In this document: positions 59,131 to 64,000 of the stretch, piece by piece | Numbering within the stretch: the stretch's first letter is position 1 | Layout: the number at the start of each line of letters is the position of its first letter | From: Bacteroidales bacterium | Lineage (GTDB): Bacteria > Bacteroidota > Bacteroidia > Bacteroidales > JAIPAH01 | DNA: 64,000 nucleotides | Reading direction: 5' to 3' | Assembly (NCBI GenBank): GCA_041694335.1 | Contig: JASMTJ010000093.1 | Location: forward strand, 84 to 64,083 | The notes under the pieces: model-generated | Database searches by the model: none | What the model saw: only the letters and a program-made list of their open reading frames with translations | Told to the model about the DNA's origin: nothing | Translations under genes and position numbers: made by a program

Positions 59131-61074
59131 TTAGAGATTAATAATTACAGGTGAATTGCTGATCTTCTTTTGTCCCATCACCGCTTCGCGATATGCCGGC
59201 CATTCGTCCGCAGTATAAACTCTTTTCGGATAAACAGCATGCTGGCTGATGGTGAGGCTGTTTCCATCGGCCTTCACGTGGCCTTCATACTTAATACCAT
59301 CCTTATCGGTGGTGATTTCCTCATCTACCTTTTCGAGAGTAGTGTAATCAGGAATTTTTATTGTTTCACTGATGGTCACTTCCCTGCTGCATCTGTCGCG
59401 GAAAGCGTATTTTCTCTCCTTCAGTCCGGTGCGCTGATAGAGGTGCGCCATAGCCCTGTGAAAGGCTCCTTTTCCGGATACAGGTTCATAAACCAAATGG
59501 CCGTCAAGCTTCATGGCATACTGCGGAATGATGAAGCGCGCTGTGATTCTTATCGGTCCTTCCTGGTAATGGTATGGTTCGCCGAAGTCGAGACTGTGAA
59601 TCACGATATCGGGATTGATTTTCATCAGCTCGCGGGTCATCGTTCGTTCCCATTCATGCCGATAGCCACTGGTAAACGCCCTGCGGATGGCGGCATCCGA
59701 CTGCCCTTCGGCTGTAACATAAAGCGAACCTTCGAGGTTGCCATCCTTGTCCAGCTCCCCTTCCACTTCCATTTTGAAGTAGTGGTTCTCCGGAGCAGAA
59801 ACGGGTGTTTTCATCAGATCGGCACCATCAGGCAAGCCCATCAGGTAGTTTTGCTGCTGCTCGGCGCTCGACCAGAGTTCTCTTACAAAAGGCACCCATG
59901 TTGGATCCAACAGTTTGTATTTCCCGTTTGACATTTTCACCACGGTCACACTGTGATTAAACTGGTCGGCCGGAAGGTCGTCGATCCGAGAGCCGGCCAT
60001 GGTCATGGCGGCATATGATTCAAATCCGGCGGCACGCAGCATGGTAATCAGCATGCCGGCCTTGTCTTTACATACGCCGCAGCGATCGTTAAAGTTCATC
60101 TCACCAGTGTGAAGCGTGTAGCCTTCGCCTTCACCCATAGAGAGTCCGCTGTAGCGGATGTTGTCACCCACCCAGTGGGTCAAAAGACTGATGGAGTCGA
60201 GCTCATTTTCTGCACCTTCCAATATTTCATCCACTTTTTTGTCGATAGCCGGTGTAGATTCAAAGCTGCCGTAATCTTCGTTCACGCCATAAAACCACAT
60301 CGACTTGGCTTCCCAGTCGGGACTGGTTGACATGAGCAGCTTGGGAGCCACATTGTCGAGCGAAACCATACTGGGTTCACGCTTGAGCGGCATCAGGTCT
60401 TCCTTAGCGAAAGTGTAGCGGATTTTATCGTCTACAAAGCGTGAGGCTACCTGCACAGGGCCGTTGTAAAACTCATACTGCATGGGCTTGTCTTTGGGTA
60501 CATCCACCTGGTAAACCATTTCGAGGATAGGCACCGGACCGAAAAAACGTACGATATCATAAAAGTGTCCGCGCATCGGAGGAATGTATTGGTCATCATC
60601 CCCGGCAAGGAGCGCGTAGGTAAATCCTTTTTTAAAAAGGTTGACCTCCACGGCGTCGCCGGGATACAGTTTACCCACCTCAATCATTTTTTCGCTGGCA
60701 CCCCAGTAAATCATTCGGGCCGGGGCTGTGTAATCGTGAACCTTGCTCACATCCAGCTTCTCTACCGAACCATCCTTCCGGTGGATTTTTACTCCGCGGA
60801 TCTCTACGTAAGCCGAGAGCGGATCGTAACCGTAATTGATGATTCTGAGCTTTTTTGCGCCCTCTTTGTTCAGCACTTTGTAGAGGCGATGCGTGTGGAC
60901 GTAGCTGAGTCCGGACTCTTGCACATCGCTCACAATGCTGTCGAAAACCACCACGTGGGTGGTGTTGGGATAGTCTTCCGCAGTTCCGGCGGCATCAATA
61001 GCCTGTCGGATATCCTGCGTAAATGCGGCGGCTGACAGTAGCACGGCCAGCATCAATACTGATATTCTTTTCAT
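59131..61074 (-). CDS. Secreted DUF3857-domain transglutaminase-like cysteine protease
   Basis: 647 aa. Signal peptide. Transglutaminase core C...H...D present (RCGVCKDKAGML, FNHSVTVV, KLLDPT). Confidence 0.75.
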   Translation of the reverse strand: MKRISVLMLAVLLSAAAFTQDIRQAIDAAGTAEDYPNTTHVVVFDSIVSDVQESGLSYVHTHRLYKVLNKEGAKKLRIINYGYDPLSAYVEIRGVKIHRKDGSVEKLDVSKVHDYTAPARMIYWGASEKMIEVGKLYPGDAVEVNLFKKGFTYALLAGDDDQYIPPMRGHFYDIVRFFGPVPILEMVYQVDVPKDKPMQYEFYNGPVQVASRFVDDKIRYTFAKEDLMPLKREPSMVSLDNVAPKLLMSTSPDWEAKSMWFYGVNEDYGSFESTPAIDKKVDEILEGAENELDSISLLTHWVGDNIRYSGLSMGEGEGYTLHTGEMNFNDRCGVCKDKAGMLITMLRAAGFESYAAMTMAGSRIDDLPADQFNHSVTVVKMSNGKYKLLDPTWVPFVRELWSSAEQQQNYLMGLPDGADLMKTPVSAPENHYFKMEVEGELDKDGNLEGSLYVTAEGQSDAAIRRAFTSGYRHEWERTMTRELMKINPDIVIHSLDFGEPYHYQEGPIRITARFIIPQYAMKLDGHLVYEPVSGKGAFHRAMAHLYQRTGLKERKYAFRDRCSREVTISETIKIPDYTTLEKVDEEITTDKDGIKYEGHVKADGNSLTISQHAVYPKRVYTADEWPAYREAVMGQKKISNSPVIINL

Positions 61075-61372
61075 TTGTTTGTGATTTTTGTGGTTTAAAA
61101 AACGAGTATTTAGTTACTCATATTTCCCTGGTTCAAAAGAACCATCCTTTAATATATTTTGTCTGACGGTTTTAGTCCAATATCGTTTTTGAATCTCGAA
61201 AAATCCTGCTAACATTTTGCCGGATTACCTTTTCTGGCGATTTTGGTTTGCGTAAAGATATGAAAACGTTTTTATTTAGTAAAACCGGCGAGGGTTAAAC
61301 TGACTAAGGAATCCTTACAACTTTTCAAGTCAATTTGTGTTTAGGATACTGTAAATCAAAATCATTAGCATT

Positions 61373-61585
61373 ATGAAAGCAAACGTAGGAACTACTGACA
61401 AAGTGATTCGCTTCTTGATAGCTGCTGCAGCAACGGCACTCATTCTTACAAACACCTTAACGGGAACCTGGGCTATCGTGGCCGGAGTGGTTGGCGGTGC
61501 CATGCTCATCACGGGACTCACAGGCTTCTGCGGTCTTTACAAGGTTTTTGGAATGAGTACGTGTGCGATGAAAAAATCTGAATGA
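61373..61585 (+). CDS. DUF2892 (YgaP-like) small membrane protein
   Basis: 70 aa. Pattern MKANVGTTDKVIRFLIAAA...GFCGLYKVFGMSTC is typical of DUF2892. Confidence 0.7.
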   Translation: MKANVGTTDKVIRFLIAAAATALILTNTLTGTWAIVAGVVGGAMLITGLTGFCGLYKVFGMSTCAMKKSE

Positions 61586-61602
61586 GTTGAAAAGCAGATT
61601 AT

Positions 61603-61643
61603 ATTTATGTAAATTTGCAGTGACACTGCAAATTTACATAAAT
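61603..61643. repeat. 41-bp perfect palindrome (20-bp arms, 1-nt spacer), copy A
   Basis: ATTTATGTAAATTTGCAGTG-A-CACTGCAAATTTACATAAAT. It overlaps the ATG of the ATPase gene, and its left arm contains TAAATTTG (a -7-box match). Confidence 0.95.
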
Positions 61644-62814
61644 GTTAGTTGATCGTATCTTAAAAACAGCTATAACGGATTCACTCGAAAAGTTTCCTGT
61701 TGCCTCAGTTACGGGCCCCCGACAATCCGGAAAAACCACCTTGTTAAGAAACCTATTTCCTGATTTCGAATATTATAACCTGGAAAGAATAGATCATTAC
61801 GATTTAATAACTTCAGATCCGATCGGAACATTGAAATACAAAGGAAAAGGGATTATTGTGGATGAAGCCCAAAAACACCCTGATCTTTTCAGTACTATCC
61901 AGGTTTTATCTGATGAGGAAAACATAAACGGACAGTATATCCTGTCAGGCTCACAGTCATTTTTGATGAATGAAAAAATTGCTCAGTCTTTAGCTGGGAG
62001 GGTTCGGGTTCACCACTTATTTCCATTTGATGTAAGTGAAGTTAAAGGCGTTTTTGACAGAGACTATGTTTCCAGTATTTTTCAAGGTTCTTATCCACGT
62101 GTTCTCACTAATGATATTCATCCATCTGATTTTTATCCTTCATATATTCAAACCTACCTTGAAAAGGATATTCGCACACTGGGCTCAGTAGAGAACCTGA
62201 GAACCTTTACTCGCTTTCTAAGCCTTTGTGCCGGACGGACAGGGCAAATACTTAACCTCAACAGTCTGGCCAATGACACCGGTATTTCTGTAAACACAGC
62301 AAAAAGATGGATTTCTTTACTGGAATCGAGTTTTATCATTTTTCTTCTCGAACCCTATCATAAAAATTTCAATAAACGGATAATAAAATCTCCTAAGTTA
62401 TATTTTTATGACACGGGGTTGGTTTGTTCTCTTCTCCGAATTAATGAAATGAAGTCACTTCGACAACATTATCACTTTGGTGCCTTATTCGAAAATCTGG
62501 TGATTTCCGAGTTAAAGAAACAGTTCTTTCACAGAGGTAAAACTCCTCACCTCTATTATTGGCGCGACAGTAATGGTGTTGAAATAGACTGTATCATTGA
62601 AAAAAGTCCTGAAGAAATTCTCTCTTTCGAAATAAAGGCCGGAGAAACATTTACAAAAGACTACTTAAAAAACATCGTTCGTTTTGATAAACTAAGCTCA
62701 TCCACACTAAACAATAAAAAGTACTTAGTATACAATGGTGACAATGAGCAAACAATAAACAACACGAAACTGATGCCTTGGAACGTATTTCAGCAAGAGA
62801 TAAACAACTTTTGA
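61642..62814 (+). CDS. AAA+ ATPase with C-terminal DUF4143 (PD-(D/E)xK-like) domain
   Basis: 390 aa. Walker A GPRQSGKTT and Walker B IIVDEAQ. The C-terminus YYWRDSNGVEIDCIIE...FEIKAG is nuclease-fold-like. A sampled 60-nt line is 27% GC. Confidence 0.85.
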   Translation: MLVDRILKTAITDSLEKFPVASVTGPRQSGKTTLLRNLFPDFEYYNLERIDHYDLITSDPIGTLKYKGKGIIVDEAQKHPDLFSTIQVLSDEENINGQYILSGSQSFLMNEKIAQSLAGRVRVHHLFPFDVSEVKGVFDRDYVSSIFQGSYPRVLTNDIHPSDFYPSYIQTYLEKDIRTLGSVENLRTFTRFLSLCAGRTGQILNLNSLANDTGISVNTAKRWISLLESSFIIFLLEPYHKNFNKRIIKSPKLYFYDTGLVCSLLRINEMKSLRQHYHFGALFENLVISELKKQFFHRGKTPHLYYWRDSNGVEIDCIIEKSPEEILSFEIKAGETFTKDYLKNIVRFDKLSSSTLNNKKYLVYNGDNEQTINNTKLMPWNVFQQEINNF

Positions 62815-62820
62815 TCTCAT

Positions 62821-62860
62821 TTTATGCAAATTTGCAACGTCACTGCAAATTTACATAAAT
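62821..62860. repeat. 40-bp imperfect palindrome, copy B of the same element
   Basis: TTTATGCAAATTTGCAACG-T-CACTGCAAATTTACATAAAT. The right arm is identical to copy A and the left arm has 3 changes. It sits between the ATPase stop and the ABC-2 permease stop. Confidence 0.95.
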
Positions 62861-62861
62861 C

Positions 62862-63971
62862 TTAAGCCACTTTTTTGTAGCGCCAGGTAGCGAGTGAGAG
62901 GATAATTACCGCGTAGACCAGCAGGCTGTAAACCTCATGCTGAATGTCTGCCAGGCCGGAGCCTTTGAGGATAATCATCCGGATTACTTTCATGAAATAG
63001 GCAAACGGGTTGATAACATTCACCACCTGCGCCCATTCCGGCATGCTGTCGGTGGGTGTAAAAATGCCACTCATCAGGATAAAGGTGAGCATGAAAAAGA
63101 ACATCACAAACATGACCTGCTGCTGACTGTTGGAGATGGCCGATAAAAAAAGTCCAAAACCTAAAGCAACCAGCAGGTAAATCACTGTAAACAGGAAGAG
63201 CACCGCGTAGCTTCCTTCCATCGGCAGGCCAAAAAACACATGCCCAATCACCAGTCCGAACGCAAACTCAAACAGCGCGATGACCATAAACGGAAGCATC
63301 TTCCCGATAATAAACTGGTACTTTTTAATCGGTGTCACGTTCAACTGCTCTATCGTCCCGAGTTCCTTTTCTCGCACGATATTCAGCGCCGTCAAGAACA
63401 TCCCGATAAGGGTAACCAAAATCACCAAAATGCCCGGCAGCATGTAAATGTTGTAGTCAAGCTCGGCATTAAAAAAGTACCTCGAATTCACTTCCACCGG
63501 AAGCTCGAAGTCGCGCCCCAGGTAATCTATCAGCACATTCTGATTGTAATCGCTGATGATGGAGCTGGTGTAAGCATTGATGAGTCCGGCGCTGGTGCCA
63601 TTAATCGCGTTTATTAGCAGCTGAATATCCGTTTCCTTTTCGGAAAACAATTCTTTTTCAAAGCCTTTCGGGATATGCAAGACGATGTCGGCGGTATTAT
63701 CTTTCAGCGTGGCTTCTGCCTCTTCGAGCGAAAAGCTGGCTTTTTGGATGTGATAAAATGGCGAGCCACGGAACTTCTGCACCAGTTCCCTCGATGAAGC
63801 ACTCATGTCACTGTCCAGCACCGTCATGTCGATTTGCTTCATGTCGAAGGTAGCAGCGTTTACCAGAATTACGAGCTGCACCACCGGAATGGCAAAAATC
63901 AGCGGCAACATCGTTTTGTTACGGAAAATCTGGGTAAACTCCTTTTGTATCAAAAACAGAATTGTCCTCAT
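62862..63971 (-). CDS. ABC-2 type transporter permease
   Basis: 369 aa. One N-terminal TM segment, a large extracytoplasmic loop, then five C-terminal TM segments, which is the typical ABC-2/YhhJ-like layout. Confidence 0.8.
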   Translation of the reverse strand: MRTILFLIQKEFTQIFRNKTMLPLIFAIPVVQLVILVNAATFDMKQIDMTVLDSDMSASSRELVQKFRGSPFYHIQKASFSLEEAEATLKDNTADIVLHIPKGFEKELFSEKETDIQLLINAINGTSAGLINAYTSSIISDYNQNVLIDYLGRDFELPVEVNSRYFFNAELDYNIYMLPGILVILVTLIGMFLTALNIVREKELGTIEQLNVTPIKKYQFIIGKMLPFMVIALFEFAFGLVIGHVFFGLPMEGSYAVLFLFTVIYLLVALGFGLFLSAISNSQQQVMFVMFFFMLTFILMSGIFTPTDSMPEWAQVVNVINPFAYFMKVIRMIILKGSGLADIQHEVYSLLVYAVIILSLATWRYKKVA

Positions 63972-64000
63972 AATTATTCCAGTCTCAGTTTAAACTTTTT

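Noticed and set aside
59170-59931. 253-aa plus-strand ORF opposite the transglutaminase gene. The same applies to 40363..40989, 49382..50035 and 50084..50737 opposite lctP and ileS.
   Set aside because: All lie within strongly supported genes on the other strand and lack any motif.
63974-64000. Possible 3' end of another minus-strand gene (...KFKLRLE-stop) just upstream of the ABC-2 permease.
   Set aside because: Only 9 codons are visible before the window ends, which is too little to support a feature call.

Overview
This is a chromosomal segment that looks like a Bacteroidota genome. Supporting signs: TAnnTTTG -7 boxes 15-40 nt upstream of several start codons, ileS-dksA-lspA synteny, a detached atpD-atpC pair, a CarboxypepD_reg-type TonB receptor and DUF3857/DUF3858-type secreted proteins.

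I count about 55 protein genes. I saw no rRNA, tRNA or CRISPR array, and no transposase, integrase or phage genes.

Gene content in order:
- An envelope block: OM barrel fragment, TPR protein, lptC, CNNM/hemolysin-family protein, PpiD/SurA-like PPIase.
- mrdA-rodA and a TonB-dependent receptor.
- A seven-gene Liu/Atu-like acyl-CoA carboxylase operon that also carries AtuA (DUF1446), an aconitase-family enzyme and acs.
- An ~840-nt ORF-free gap containing a 127-bp tandem repeat.
- A CPA2 antiporter, a small membrane protein and an unlisted Pmp3/YqaE ORF, then a secreted HEXXH peptidase.
- A complete menaquinone operon (thioesterase-menF-D-B-A-C-E) interrupted by a HepT/MNT toxin-antitoxin pair.
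- A porin, a lactate permease and an orphan Cache/PAS histidine kinase.
- atpDC, then lspA-dksA-ileS.
- A ParE/RelE-type TA pair and a YciI-like protein.
- A radical-SAM gene translationally coupled to an uncharacterised 234-aa ORF, then a small OM protein.
- dnaG.
- Two paralogous DUF3857-type secreted proteins, one with an intact and one with a dead transglutaminase triad.
- A DUF2892 membrane protein.
- An AT-rich AAA/DUF4143 ATPase gene bracketed by two copies of a ~40-bp palindrome.
- An ABC-2 permease.

Most of the window is housekeeping. I cannot point to one unambiguous new multi-gene system. The best candidates for follow-up are:
1. The palindrome-bracketed ATPase cassette.
2. The 127-bp tandem repeat and long leader upstream of the antiporter.
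3. The Atu/Liu-like operon with AtuA plus aconitase and no lyase.
4. The radical-SAM plus unknown-ORF pair.
5. The active/dead transglutaminase pair.

All family calls come from reading motifs in the translated ORFs by eye. No searches were run.
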